In this document: positions 1 through 12,448 of the stretch, in pieces
Position numbering within the stretch: position 1 is the first letter of the stretch
Layout: each line of letters begins with the position of its first letter
Assembly: GCA_043228905.1 (NCBI GenBank)
Contig: JBHGNT010000009.1
Span: forward strand, 15,748,001 to 15,812,000
DNA length: 64,000 nt
Direction of reading: 5' to 3'
From: Azolla caroliniana
Taxonomy: Eukaryota; Plantae; Polypodiophyta
Position numbers and translations under genes: made by a program
Notes under the pieces: model-generated
Databases searched by the model: none
The model's input: only the letters and a program-made list of their open reading frames with translations
What the model was told of the DNA's origin: nothing

Positions 1-644
1 AGTTCTTCCTTGAGATTGGGCCTTGGGGGGTACTTCTCGAGCTGGTCGACTGGTTCCTCACAGGATACAATCTCGAGACCAGTCATGTTCGCATGCACGC
101 CTTTGTGTATTCTCCCCTTGTCAAGTTCTAGTTCAACGTCGCCGATGTTTGCACTACGGTACATTTGCCAATGGACGGAATTCCCTTTCACACCATGAGG
201 TCCCCCCCCGTCACCCCCAACATCATCCCCAGAATCTACACCGAGTATTCTGAATGTTAGGGTTGGCATTTGATTTAAATAAAGGCCCCACTTGTCGTCA
301 ACTGGTGTCAATGTGTTCCCCGCCAATGTACAAACGGGATTTTGAAACCATGATCGATACATGTTTCTTTCCCGCTTACATCAATTTTGATTGAAACCCC
401 CCTTCTCCCTTCGCCGGCTACAACACCCCCACCTAGATAGTTGGCCCTAAGAAGGACTTCTTCACAATGACCGATCAAATGCAGGAAATCCGGTTGCCGC
501 TACTGAACATTCGTCGTCTTCGCCATCGTCTTCGGCGCCACCCACCCCTCGAGGAACCCCCCTACTCCATCCTTCTTGCCCCCAACGCCCGAAGCTCCTC
601 TACCACAGTGCACCCGGGAGTGTGCACTCATTAGGTTGGGGGGG

Positions 645-1184
645 TGTTAAGCGATTGGATTGCAACACAACCAGTCATGAATAAGAGCGCATCAACAAGG
701 ACATAGTATGTGTTGAAGGACCTACGAAGAGGAAACGGCAAGAGGAAAAGATGCTAAGGGACATCCAAGTGTGAAAGGCCCATACCCTAAACGTGAATGC
801 TATATAAACCACATAGTAGTGGCTTTGTAAGGGTTCTTCCATTTGTAAACATCTCCCAATTGATTAAGAGCTAGAGTTTCCTCTCCTCCTTGTAACCTTT
901 AAGCTTAAGAGAGATTAGTGAAGTGTTTAGTTAGAGAACACTAATCTCTCTTCCTTGTTGCTAGACCTCTTAGCAAAGAGGGTTAGTAAACATATTCATT
1001 ACTCTTATTGTCTATATTCATTACCCTATTGTTTATGAGAGAGAGCTTGAGAGAGTGAGAGAGATATCGTGCTTAATCATCTATTAATCGTTAAGTGAGT
1101 GTGAGGCTCAGAGGTGTCCGACAACCATCTCCGCCCGATTCGCCTTCAAAAGGGTATACGCTGGTCCGAACTCCGCAAACAACA
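645..1184 (+). mobile_element. Probable 3' LTR of an LTR retrotransposon whose body lies mostly left of the window
   Basis: G-rich PPT-like GGTTGGGGGGG (634-644) directly followed by TGTTAAG; TATATAAA near 800; ends AACAACA at 1184. No partner LTR in the window. Confidence 0.5.
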
Positions 1185-1394
1185 TCGAGGAGCTACCTCC
1201 ATCGATACATAGATCCTACACAGTTACTTATTATAATAATTATTATTACTTTGTTTTTTATACATTATTTCATGAGATGTGCGTGGAACCTCACTTTTTC
1301 TCACATTACACACGCCACACCACGACATCGGGAGGCCGTTGGATAGATATTCCACGGACAAATATATTTTGGGAGTTATTGTAGGGGCTCATTG

Positions 1395-1637
1395 ATGAGC
1401 ATTGAAGTATGAGTTAGTACTTCTGTCAGTCCGTATGGACTTGTATAAAAGTGCTCTTTGAGCACATCCTATGTATTCAGTTTTAGAATATTGTTTTGGA
1501 ATAGAGTTTTCTGTGTTTAGCTCTCTCTGTCTCTCCCGTGTACGCTGTGTTGATTAAGCTTTCCATTAAACCTTCCTTGTCTCTTGTCTCTTGTTACCCG
1601 GTTGTGTCTGTTAAGATTCCACATGTATTCTTTTAGA
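1395..1637 (+). mobile_element. Copia-type LTR fragment related to the C0 LTR (48257-48675)
   Basis: Shares TGAGCATTGAAGTA..GTACTTCTGTCA..GGACTTGTATAAAAGTGCTC and TTCCATTAAACCTT with 48450-48610, but is clearly diverged. Confidence 0.6.
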
Positions 1638-1932
1638 AAAAGGTCTAGTCTAATGATGTTACTTAATAGTGATGTTGACTATCTTAACATCAATGTGCTA
1701 TCTAAGGTAATTGGTGTTAGTAGAAAAACTGTGTACAATACAATGAACAGGATAATTTCAAGTGGTGAAGGAATTAGCCAATGTCACCCATAACACCAGA
1801 TATCAAGGATATAATCACCATATTTTGGACTATTGAGAGTACCGTTTCACCCAATAAGAAGGATTTATGGAGGAAACATGTTGGAAGGAGTCAATACGAG
1901 GAGCATCACATTCATCTTCTTGATGTACCTCA
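1638..1932 (+). pseudogene. Exon remnant of a putative DNA-transposon (transposase-like) gene
   Basis: HTH-like LSKVIGVSRKTVY, then after a frameshift FWTIESTVSPNKKDLWRKHVGRSQYEEHHIHLLDVPQ, ending at splice donor CAG|GTATTT (1933). Confidence 0.5.
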
Positions 1933-1971
1933 GGTATTTACATTTATCTCAACTCTTGTTTTGATTTTTAA

Positions 1972-2747
1972 GCTTAGTTAGTTAGCAAATTAGCTACCTC
2001 AAAATATGATCATAGCTAACTAGCTACTTGTATTAGGTAAATCGTGATTGACAATAGCTAACTTAGCTAACACAATAGCTAATTAGCTACCTCAGAATAT
2101 GACCATAACTAACTAGCTACCACAATAGCTAATTAGCTACTTCAGAATATGACCAGAGCTAATTAGCTATTCCAATAGCTAATTAGCTACCTCAAAATAT
2201 GACCATAGCTAACTAGCTAACGGTAATAGCTAAATAGCGATTGACAATAGCTAACTTAGCTATTATCATTTAATTAGCTACCACAATAGCTAATTCGCTA
2301 CCTCAGAATATGACCATAGCTAATTAGCTATCTCAGAATATGATCATAGCTAACTAGCTACCACAATAGCTCATTAGCTACTTCAGAATATGACCATAGC
2401 TAATTAGCTACCACAATAGGTAATTCGCTACCTCAAAATATGACCATAGCTAACTAGTTACTGGTAATTAGCTATCTTAGAATATGTCAATAGCTAATTA
2501 GCTACCTCAGAATATGACCATAGCTAACTAGCTATTGGTAATAGCTAAATAGCGATTGGCAATAGCGAACTTAGCTATTATAAGCTAATTAGCTATTGTG
2601 TAATTAGCTACCACAATAGCTAATTAGCTATCTCAGAATATGTCAATAGCTAATTAGCTACCTCAGAATATGACCAAAGCTACCTTAATAGCTAATTAGC
2701 TAATGGCAATAGCTAGCTAGCTATGTGAGAAGCTAATTAGCTATTAA
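1972..2747. repeat. Minisatellite built on palindromic AGCTAATTAGCT / AGCTAACTAGCT, probably intronic
   Basis: Alternating ~30-nt (AGCTAATTAGCTACCTCAGAATATGACCAT) and ~20-nt (AGCTAACTAGCTACCACAAT) units repeated with variation. Confidence 0.9.
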
Positions 2748-2748
2748 G

Positions 2749-4357
2749 GTGTCGGTTCCTGATCAAAGAGGTGGTTTGTCGATACGGGTGTGTGGGAAAG
2801 ATTGTGGCCGACAGAGGGGAGTTGGATGCACGAGAAGCCAAGGAGTTGTTCGATTGGTTAGGGGTTAAGCTCTCTCTCCCTACAACGTACAATCCAGAAG
2901 CGAACATGAAGGTGGAGCGCGGACACGGTTTGGTCGTGAAGGCATTGATACGGGCATATGAGGCGCAGGTCGAGAATTGGCCATGGCTCCTATCATACAC
3001 TTTGTGGGTGGATCAGACTACGCACAACTCAGTGATTGGGCTCATGTCAGCAGAGCTCATGTACGGACAGAAGCCGATCATGCTAGTAGAGTGGACGATC
3101 TCTTCATGGGTGGCGATCAATTGGATGAACGAGATGAATCGGGAGGAGCTACTGGCAACGAGGATTCGCCAACTCAAGCAGAGGTCAGGGGACGTGGAAC
3201 GGGCGAAGGCGAAATTGTATGCAGCACAAGAAAGGAACAAAGACCGGTTTGACCGGAGCATAGGCTGAGACTAAAGAAGATCGAGGAAGGTGACTGGGTG
3301 CTGGTCTACAACAACAGCCTCGAAAACCAGCACAAGGCTACACGAAAATTTGCGTAGAGATGGTTCGGCGCTTACGTGGTGACCAGCGCGAACGACAACG
3401 CTACATACTACCTTGCGGAGCTCGACGGAACGAGGATAGCGGTACCGGTTGCGGGGAAGCGGATTAAGGCCTTCAAGAAGTGACACGAAGAGGAGCCCTG
3501 GAGTACAAAAGCGAAGACGGTGAACCGAAAGGATCGGGCGAAGACCGGGAGATAGATGGATCAGAGGGCGACGAGTGATAAACAACCAGAATTTCTACCT
3601 TCCTTCTCTTGACACATACCGATGGATGTGCGTTTGGTGGGGGTGGATGTCTTGGGAAATTTCGGCGACAAGGGGAAAAAGGAACAAAAAACGTGTTAAT
3701 GGTCGCATGCACGGATGCACTCAAGATTGTGTAATGTACTTGTAAATAACATAGGACTAGGTCGGTGTAACATATGTGTATATTAATAGAACAATATTAA
3801 AAGGGGAAGAAATTGAAGCGAATCCTTGTCCGAGGCAGCGGGGAATTAACTGCCTAATGTTAGAGCCCTCTCCCTCCTGGTTCTATAAAAGGAGGGAGAG
3901 AGGACTGAGTTGGGGATCAACATTTGGAGGAGAACAAAGTGTTGTCGATCTCGAAATCGAGCACCCGCTCTCTGTTTGTTCTTATTCTCGGTTTTTTTTT
4001 ATTTCGTCAGACGCCTCTACTCGTGCAGGAAGCCGGTGTGCTCCCGACAGAGGCTCCCCGTTGTGTCTTGTTGCCTGTGTGTGTGTGTTGCTCGTTGAGG
4101 CCGTAGCTCAGCTCCCAGCTATGCCGGTTGTAACCTGTTCGCAATCTAATTGTTTCGTTGACACCTCTTGTTGTTCAGCTAGCGTAAACACCGACTCCGA
4201 CCGAGCCGGTTGCATCCTGTATTGTCCGTCACCAAACGACGTCGATTGATAATCGTCTATCATATTATCCTTCTTCTTCTTCCTCTTCTTGCGCTCCTTG
4301 GTCCGAGGCCCCAGTTGTCCCGCCTAATTTCGCACGTATACGCGTATCATCACGACA
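2749..4357 (+). mobile_element. pol: G0 3' end (integrase core/C-terminus plus 3' LTR 3648-4357), inverted relative to the rest of G0
   Basis: CRYGCVGKIVADRGELD..YNPEANMKVERGHG integrase with stops; LTR TGTCTTGGG..CACGACA is the reverse complement of 39837-40528. Confidence 0.85.
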
Positions 4358-5289
4358 ACATGAACCGTCTCCTCTATTCTTTGCCCGGGGAGAGCACGGT
4401 TGAGTTTCCACTACTCGTTGGTTCTTCATCTGACTGGTCATTTCGACTTAGTCACTCATTCAGCCCACTAATCTAGAGTACCAAATCCTTCCTCATCTTC
4501 TGGTCGGATTGTTTCAGGCTCACTGGCCCCATCTTCCGGAATCGGGTCGGAATTAGACATCCAAGTTGGTAAAGAGTACCATGATGCTGACTCATCAAAT
4601 TCAACATCTCAGTTCATTCGAACTTGTTTTGTTCGGGTGTTATAGCACTTATAAACATTTTGCTCATGTCAGTAGCCCACAAGGATGCACTTCTCCAACT
4701 TCGGGTCCAACTTTCTCCACTTCTCATTCGGCACATGCACATAGGCTATGCTACTGAATATCCTAAGGTGCCTTAAATTCGGCTTCTGCCCGAAATACAA
4801 CTCGTGTCCTGACACCTTATCCCCCAATCCGGTTTTGGATGTAGACAACCGTCCGGACCGCTTCAGCCCAGTAGAACTTGGGCATGTTGTTCTCTTCCAG
4901 CATTGCCCATGCTGCGTCCACAATTGAGCGGTTCTTCCTTTTGGCCACACCGTTTTGTTCCGGTGTGTATCCACAATTGAATTCCCTCCAAATTACCATT
5001 TGTTGTAGATAACTGTTGAATTGGCCGGAAAATTATTCTTTTCTGCCATCCGACCGCAGGCACTTGATCTTCCTCTCTGTTTCCCGTTCCACAAGACTTT
5101 GCAGGTTCCGGAAACAGTCGAAGCCTTCGTTTTTCTTCTCTATGAGGTAGATCCATGTATGCCGATTGTAGTCATTAATGAAGGAGAAGAAATATCGACT
5201 CCCGCCAAGACCAACGTTCTGTGTCCGTCCCCATAAATCCGAATGTATTAGATCGAGCTTGTTACGGCTCTGGTTTCTTTCCATGGGGA
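4358..5289 (-). pseudogene. pol: Copia C0 integrase fragment (Bryco-like), degraded
   Basis: LDLIHSDLWG, IKCLRSDG, YTPEQNGVAKRKNR, FYWAEAVRT and KLDPKLEKCILVGY spread over several frames. Confidence 0.85.
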
Positions 5290-5390
5290 ACAGAAGCTTG
5301 GATGATTTACAGTGCTCTTGCAGGCGAGGTCGACAAACTGGGTACTCACAACTGCAGAGTACATCCTCTAGGGAGAAGCTATGGTGATGT

Positions 5391-6501
5391 TGTCGTGAAG
5401 ATCCGTCACTACACGCGGATCGTGAGCCGGAACCGCCGGGGTTCTGGACCGGAAGGATTCAAAGTCGGTACAAGCTTTGGCGCAAGCTTTGGCGAGAAAG
5501 TACTTAAGATAGATTGGGAAAGAGAGAAGTTGAGATTAAACGATTGAGAGAGATTGATTGAACTTTTATCTTTGGATTTAAGAAACAAGTTACACGATCA
5601 ATTTGATAACGAATTTCTTCTTCTTAATTTCATAACAAAAAAAAACGTGTTTTTTCTCCTCCCCCTTCCTTCTTTTATAGATGCTCTCATGCATATGATG
5701 CATGTGAGGGTACAAGACATGCATAAAATGCATGCTTGCCATTTGGCGCTTATGTATTACATGTGGTGCATGATAACCATGTCACTCATTTTAGCTCTCA
5801 TGTATGAGAATTTACACGTAAAAGTACAATGATAGAAATATAAATTCAACTAAATGGCATGGTTTAATGGTAAGACAATTGACTCCTAACTCAGAGGTGC
5901 AAGGTTCGAATCCTTACTTGCCCTCCTTGTATGTGTATATATGTATATATATTTATATATTTATTTATATAGTCGCCGGACGCTAGTTCGTCGGATGTCG
6001 TCGGTTATTGGTGCCGCCGCCGCCTCGCCGTCAGATGCCGCCGCCTCGCCCTCGCCAGATTGCCGCCGGATGCCGGTGTCTCACTGGCTCCGGATCACCG
6101 GCTCCATCGCCGGTCCGGTTTGGTTGGCAAAAACCCTTTATGAGTAGTTAGCCCACCTCCACTCTTAGTTCAAGTTATCTTGAACTCTCTATGCTCCACA
6201 CATAGACACAAAGATAATATCTTTTGCTCCACCTTATATATGATGAGAGCCGTATTTGTCGTGCCTATGTGGGATATCTCACAATTTTCTCTTTTCCTTT
6301 CACAAACTTTATACCCTCATATCTTGACATTTAGTTGTCCGTTTCTCGTGTAATAAAGTGCATTCGAAACCTCCATCATTTTGTACTTAGATATTAAATT
6401 TATTTAAAATGTTATCTTCACAATTATTATATTATGTGATTCATACTTGATTTTGTATGTTTTATGGGATTTTCACACTATTGCCGAAAATCTTCACGAC
6501 A
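5391..6501 (-). mobile_element. Solo LTR (~1.1 kb) of the tRNA-Trp-primed Gypsy family
   Basis: Terminal inverted repeat TGTCGTGAAGAT..ATCTTCACGACA; 4-bp TSD ATGT/ACGT; minus-strand TATAAAA near 5675; U5 resembles the G2 U5. Confidence 0.85.
5853..5923 (+). promoter_or_regulatory. tRNA-like Pol III module (A box + B box), antisense in U3 of the solo LTR
   Basis: A box TGGTTTAATGG (5860), B box GGTTCGAATCC (5903), D-stem GTTT/AGAC, T-stem AAGG/CCTT. Confidence 0.8.
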
Positions 6502-6586
6502 ACGTAGTAGATTAATAGAGTTCTTGAGAAAACCCATTTGTACATGGTAAATGCAACAACATGTGTATCTATTAAGGTAGCAATTA

Positions 6587-6769
6587 AGGCAAAGGTCGTT
6601 TTGTTCTGAAGTGCTCTGCCCTCTAGTTGGTTTGTCAAATCCTCTCATGCAAGCACCAAGTATCACATTTGCCCTACCCCCATCGACATCGTCACTAAGT
6701 CTACCATCCACTTGAAATGAACGGTCGGCGGGTAGGTCAGATGTAACTCGTCCCTGTGCCGAATTACGG
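6587..6769 (-). pseudogene. pol: G0 integrase fragment ending at the inversion breakpoint
   Basis: RHRDELHLTYPPTVHFKWMVDLVTMSMGVGQM*YLVLA*EDLTNQLEGRALQNKTTFA. Confidence 0.85.
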
Positions 6770-7425
6770 TGTCGTGAAGAAAACCGTCCACAAGCAGAAT
6801 CGGTGCACCGGAGCGTAGGAACCGGCTCTTCATACACGTGCGCCTTATGTTGTACATAGAAGATCCTCGGTAGGTAGGAAGTTTAATAGGAAACGGCTCC
6901 TTCCTTGCCTATAAAAGGAGGGAGACAAGGAGGGGAGAGGGATCGCGAAGGAAGGGAGGACGAAGTGTTGTCGAATTGTGGGCCGAAGGCTTCTCTCTCT
7001 TCCAAACTCCATAGCTTCTTTCTGTGCAGGTTTCGGGGGGCTCGCGCTACTCTGAGGAATGCCCGAGTGCTTTCGGCAGCACCTCCAACCTGATTCTTCC
7101 TTTCTGTACGTTTACGAACAGGCATCGGCATCTGTTCGCCGGCCTGTTCGGTTGTAACCGACTTCGTGCTTGTTGTTTGTCTTGTTTATATATATTTCGA
7201 CATACATTCGTGTCTCTCTGTGTCGCTGTCGCACTCGCGTCTCTGTGTCGAAGGGCCGTGTCCCTGTGAATCTACGCTCGCACCTTGTGGGTCTCTTCCC
7301 CTCTCCTTTTCTCTCTTGCTCTTCGGTACAGGACCCCCGAGGTCCCGCCTCATTCCACGCATCCGCGAGGGATACCACGACATCTTGGTGAACCCGACGT
7401 GAAGGAGGCGGCAGAAGAGCACAAG

Positions 7426-9552
7426 ATGAAGGGGTCGGATCTGGCAGAGGCCATGGCTTCGGCCGTGGATCGGATATTGAGTGCACGCGAGGGCACCGGC
7501 GCCCTCGACAGAGCCATTGGGGCGGTCGTCGGTACGATCGGCCGGTTCAGCCGAAAGGATGCCACGAAGTATTTGGCGTCCTACGGGGCAGAAATGCTGA
7601 TGCGGGACATTCCGAAAGAGAGGCGTCTTGCCGGGTTTCCTCGAGTGGCGATGCCGAGCATCTATGCAGAGGTGCTCGAGGTGCGGGCGGAGAGCCATAC
7701 CTGGGAGGAGTTCGAAGGCCAACTCCTAGAAAAATACGGGCTGGATGACGCGCTCCGGCTTTCGAAACGAGACTTCATGGAATGGGTGGAGTCCCCCGGC
7801 AAGGGAAGAAACGCGTCGGCACTCCTCCGGGAGTTTGACGAACGCTTCGCGCGCCTTTCGGCGCTTGACCGTACCATTCTGGATACGAGCCGGGTCCTAC
7901 TGTTTGTCAAGTCGGTGGACGAGCGGGACCGGGATCAAGTCGGCTCCTTGCTGGAAACCGAAGACGGGCTGACGACCGACTGGGCTGCGGTTAAGAGAGT
8001 CTGTTGCCGTTTCGACAAACGGCGAGAATGGGCTGATGACGGGGCAGCCAGTGCGGGCTCTGTCACAGCAAGGAGGCTTGAACCGGCGCCGCAAGGGCGA
8101 AGGGAAGAGGCCCGGGAGTGGCTCAAAACCTGTTCGGCTTCGACCGGCATGGTCAATGGCTCATCCGGAGGAGCAACGCTAGAGGAGTTGACGCGAGCGA
8201 TAAAGGATCTCCAGATCGCCCAGACTCGAAGGGAAGGCGGCGAACCGGCTCGTGACCGACGGCCGGTAGTAGGGAACAGGTGCATGTGGTCCGACGAGGT
8301 CGGCCACCTCCGAAAGGACTGCGGCGATTTCGCAGAAGCGTTGAGGAATCGGGTGGTGTACCTGTGGGAAGGCCGGGTGCACGCCAGCGACACCAGAAGG
8401 GCCCTAAACCGAAACGACGGGCGAGGAGGTATGAAGAGACTGATGGAAGAGGCAGCGGCCCGACACGTGGAGGCTATTCACTACTCGGCGTCGTCTGGTA
8501 TTCGGGTCGGGGGCAGCGAGGCCCGAAAGGAGAGCAAGGACAGGTTCTGGTCGGCAATGCTGGAAGGCCTTGCCGGCGCACAACTAAGGAAAGATGAAAC
8601 GGACCGCGCTGAGAGAAGGGTCCGGGAAATAACCGGGTGGAGCGATCCGGTCGAGGAGAAGACGGGCTTCGTAGAAGCCGCCTGCCAGAACTACGAGGCT
8701 CTGGTAGAAGACAAACGACTGGGGAAAGCCGGAGCGGCCGGGCCCTCACAACGGTACGAGACCCGATTCGGGCAACGACGGAACGATGCCGGTGGGTCCA
8801 GCGCGCAAGATAACCCCAGGAAGGGCGGATACCGACCGGGGACGGAAATAGAAAGGACTACGGACCTACGAAAGGTCCTAGAAGAACAGATCCTCGACAG
8901 CAAAGTGGAGCTGTCATTGCGAGAGGTGCTAGGGATCGCAAAGAAGGAGTTCCACGACTCCATTGTGGACCTGGTGAAACGGAAGAGGCTGTCGACGGAG
9001 ACGGAACCGGAAAGACCGGTGGAGGTGCGGACGACGCAGATCGACAACATGGCGCTGGAAGATGAGTGGGCGGAGAGCCACTATTCAAGGCCACACTGGG
9101 CCCGAGTGACCACGGAGACCCCGGTAAAGATCGGAGATGTTCAGGAACCGGTGGTGGCATTGGTGGACCACGGTTCGGAAATAAACCTGATGTCCATGGA
9201 CTTCTATAAGAAGGGAAAGTGGCCGATCAACACCAAGCACGGGTGGAAGATACGGGCGGCGACGCGCGCCACCGAGGAACTGCACGGGGCATGCCCGAAC
9301 GTGCGAGTCAAGATCGGCGACGTCGAGATTGACCAGCACTTCTTCGTATAGGAGACGTCCTCGCACCCGGTCATATTAGGGGAACCATACATCACGGCGG
9401 CGCGAATGGAGACCAAGGTGCTGGACAATGGGTCGGCGTACGCGAGGGTCAAAAGCCAGGATGGGCGCCATTCGGTTCAATTTCTGACGGTGCGGCCGAA
9501 CCACGAGAGAAACCGCGAATCCCTCAGTGGCGAGAACCAGGAGGATTTTTAG
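7426..9552 (+). pseudogene. gag: G1 gag-protease ORF1 with one premature TAG at 9349
   Basis: Degenerate zinc knuckle CMWSDEVGHLRKDC; aspartic protease ALVDHGSEINL; ends GGATTTT TAG. Confidence 0.85.
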
Positions 9553-12377
9553 AGAGGGCTGCCAAGGCGTGGGGCCGAGATAGCCCGGACACTCGGGAAA
9601 GACCCCACGATTGTACGATAGGTAGGAAATTCTGCTTCTCCAACAACGGAGGGTGTATGATAGTCGGCATCGTCGGCTGAGAAAAGACAAGGGCGGAAGT
9701 GCAACTTCGAGCGTGCGGAGTTCTCGGCCCGGACGAGGAAATCAGCAGAGCCGTGGAGGCGGTCTCCTTCGACGACACCTTGGGAATGCTGGGGGAGATG
9801 TACAAAGTCATCGTGAACTTCAGTCGGGGGCTCGGGTCGGATCGGACGGCCCGAGTTAGCACGAAGTACAAGGCTATGGACCAGAAGGTAAGGCCCGTCG
9901 CGGCACCCTTACCGGAGGGCAGCGAGTCCCGAATCAGAGGGGTTGCGTCGGACCCCAGTTTACGAGATCCGGCCTGCATAGGACACACCTTCACCGACGG
10001 GACGCTCCGGGAGCTCAAGATCGGTGGGGGCGGGTTCCTACTGCCGGCGGAGGAAGACCGGTTTCGGAGAATGCTCGGAAGGCACGGGAAAGCCTTCGCA
10101 TTTTTGCCGGAAGAGATGGGGTGCATAGACCCGACGATTGTGGAGCCGATGGGGATATTCACGGTACCACATGTGCCGTGGAATCTCAAGCCGATTCCAG
10201 TACCGAGAGCTCACATCCTGGAGTTGATGGAGCTATTGAGGCAAAAAGTCGATATGGTCATTCTCGAACCGTCGAGTGCCCCATACTCGAACCGATGGTT
10301 TACCGTACCAAAGAAAAATGGGACATTGCGCTTCATTCAGGACCTGCAGCCGGTCAACAGAGTGACCATTCGGAACGCAGGAATCAGACCGACCATAGAG
10401 AAGTTCGCAGAGGCCTTCGCCGGAAGGTCGATTTACTTGGTCAGTGATCTGTACTCAGGGTACGACCAATTCCAGCTAGCCGTGGAGAGCAGAGACATTA
10501 CGACGATGCGAACTCCCCTCGGTCTGGTGTGAATGTGTACCCTGCCACAAGGAGGGACCAACTCGGTGGCCCACATGGTGAATGCAATGAACAAGGTACT
10601 GAGGGATTGCATCCCGGACATCACCATGCCGTTTCTAGACGACATCCCGATCAAGGGGTGCCCGGTGGAAGAGAAGGACGAGACAATCGGGCCGGACGGA
10701 TGCCGGCGATTCGTGGCGACACACATCGACGACTGCGAGAAGGTGCTACAAAGGCTAAAGGATGCGAGGCTCACCTTCTCCGGGGAGAAATCGGCCTTCG
10801 GGCAACCGGAAATCCTGGTGGTCGGACACCTATGTGGACCATATGGCCGGAAGCCGTCTCCGGCAAAGGTAGAAGCCATCTCCGCGATGAAGACCGACTG
10901 TAGCTCGGTTACAGAAGTTCGGAGGTTCCTGGGGGCATGCGCGTTCTACCACATATGGATCCCACATTACGCCCACGTTGCGGAGCCGCTATACGGGTTG
11001 CTGAAGAAAGGGCGAAAATTCGAGTGGCGAGGCGAGCACACGGAGTCGGTCCGGAAGCTGGGAAACGGATGCTCTTGTGGCAGCACCGGCGCTCCGGAAG
11101 GCTGTCTACGAGAAGGGTACCCCGGTATACATCACGGTGGATACGAGTCCGACCGGGATCGGATGGGTCGTCAACCAAGAAGACGAGGACGGCATTCGGT
11201 TCCCGATCCGATTCGGTGCAAAGGTCCTCAGCGAGCGACAACGAGGGTACGCCCAGGTTAAACGCGAACTCTGGGGTATCGTTTCGGCAGTAAAGCCCGA
11301 CAAAGACTACCTGATCGGGACAGAAGTGATTATCGAGATGGATTGCCTGCCAATTCTCGGCATGGTTTCCGGATGCGCGACACCGGACCTGGCGATGCTC
11401 AGGTGGATAGCGTACATCAAGTCCCTCGACCCGGAAATACGGCACATTTCCGGAAAGAACAACGCCATGGCCGACATGCTTTCGAGGGCGAGGTTTGATG
11501 ACGAGGGCGGCATGGTTTCGGAGGACGAAGAAGTCCACGCCGACTTCTTCGAGGCAGCGTACGTGACGACCAATGGGACGAGCGCTCCGGCACTTAACGA
11601 CTTCGACGAGAGCAAGTACGACGGCGAGTGGCTCCAGATCGGTGGATTTTTGAGGACGATGACGCCGGATGCGTCGTGGACGAAGGACGAGGCCAACCGG
11701 ATCCGGAAGAAAGCTTACCGATTCTTTCTTCGAGACGGATACTTATGGAAGCACCCGAAGAAGAGGAATGGCGTCCTGCTCCGGGTGGTGGCGATGAAGG
11801 AAGAACAGGAGGAGCTGCTGACGGCCTACCACGACAGCCCTTGGGCCTGACACCGTGGGCCACGTTCGAGAAGATAAAGGGGAAGTACTGGTGGCCGGGA
11901 CTGTACCGGGACGTGCATCGGTTCGTGACAACTTGCGAGAGCTGTCAGATGCACTCCATAGTCTGACACCGGGACGAGCTTCACCCTACGTACCCTCCGA
12001 CCATCCACTTCAAATGGATGGTAGACCTGGTGACGATGCCGATGGGAGTAGGACAGATGCAGTATCTAGTCCTGGCTCGGGAAGATCTGACGAACCAGGT
12101 GGAAGGCGGAGCCCTTCAGAACAAAACGACCACGGCCGTATGTCGGTTCCTGATTGAGGACGTGATATGCCGGTACGGGTGCGTCGGGAAGATCGTGGCT
12201 GATCGCGGGGAGTTGGACGCTGTCGTAGAGTAGGTTGCACACTATGTGGAAATTATATTTTTGTCCCTCCGGATAGAGAATGGAGTGCTCGGTGAGAACC
12301 GGAAGAAAACGGCATACCGGCAAGGAAGAGCCGGATAAAGAGACATAAATGTAAAATAAAAGTAAATACTCAATACT

Positions 12378-12448
12378 GCGCAGGGCGTGATTCGAACTCT
12401 GCACCTCCACGTTGACAAACCCCAACCTTACCATTACATTAACTTATC
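12378..12448 (-). promoter_or_regulatory. tRNA-like Pol III module, antisense in the G2 5' LTR (second copy 18830-18900)
   Basis: Minus strand TAATGTAATGGTAAG..GAGGTGCAGAGTTCGAATCACG; A-B distance 43 nt; TTTT runs shortly downstream. Confidence 0.7.

Larger units (their letters stand above)
5290..6568 (-). pseudogene. Second exon of the transposase-like gene, split by the solo LTR (pieces 6502-6568 and 5290-5390)
   Basis: Removing 5391-6501 and one TSD copy gives a continuous Cys-rich frame RYTCCCIYHVQMGFLKNSINLLR|HHSFSLEDVLCSCEYPVCRPRLQEHCKSSKLLFP, preceded by acceptor-like CCTTAATAG. Confidence 0.55.

Noticed and set aside
1-630. Coding remnant upstream of the first LTR
   Set aside because: No motif I can recognise in any frame; left unannotated.
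1395-1637. 5' LTR partner of C0
   Set aside because: Orientation would fit, but similarity to 48257-48675 is limited to core blocks with many transversions and indels, and no PBS follows; more likely a related subfamily.
1972-2747. CRISPR-like repeat-spacer array
   Set aside because: Spacers are themselves repeated and short, there are no cas genes, and the context is eukaryotic; it is a minisatellite.
5853-5923. Functional tRNA gene (also 56669-56740 and the other modules)
   Set aside because: Acceptor and anticodon arms are incomplete or irregular and the cassettes are parts of LTRs; reported as tRNA-like promoter modules instead.
6478-6837. 119-aa minus-strand protein
   Set aside because: It crosses the G1 LTR, G0 (out of frame), the inversion breakpoint, the Cys-rich exon and the solo LTR; only the RYTCCC..LLR part is meaningful.
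7112-12240. Many antisense and alternate-frame ORFs over G1 (likewise over G2, G3 and C2)
   Set aside because: Expected shadows of GC-rich coding sequence, with no recognisable domains.
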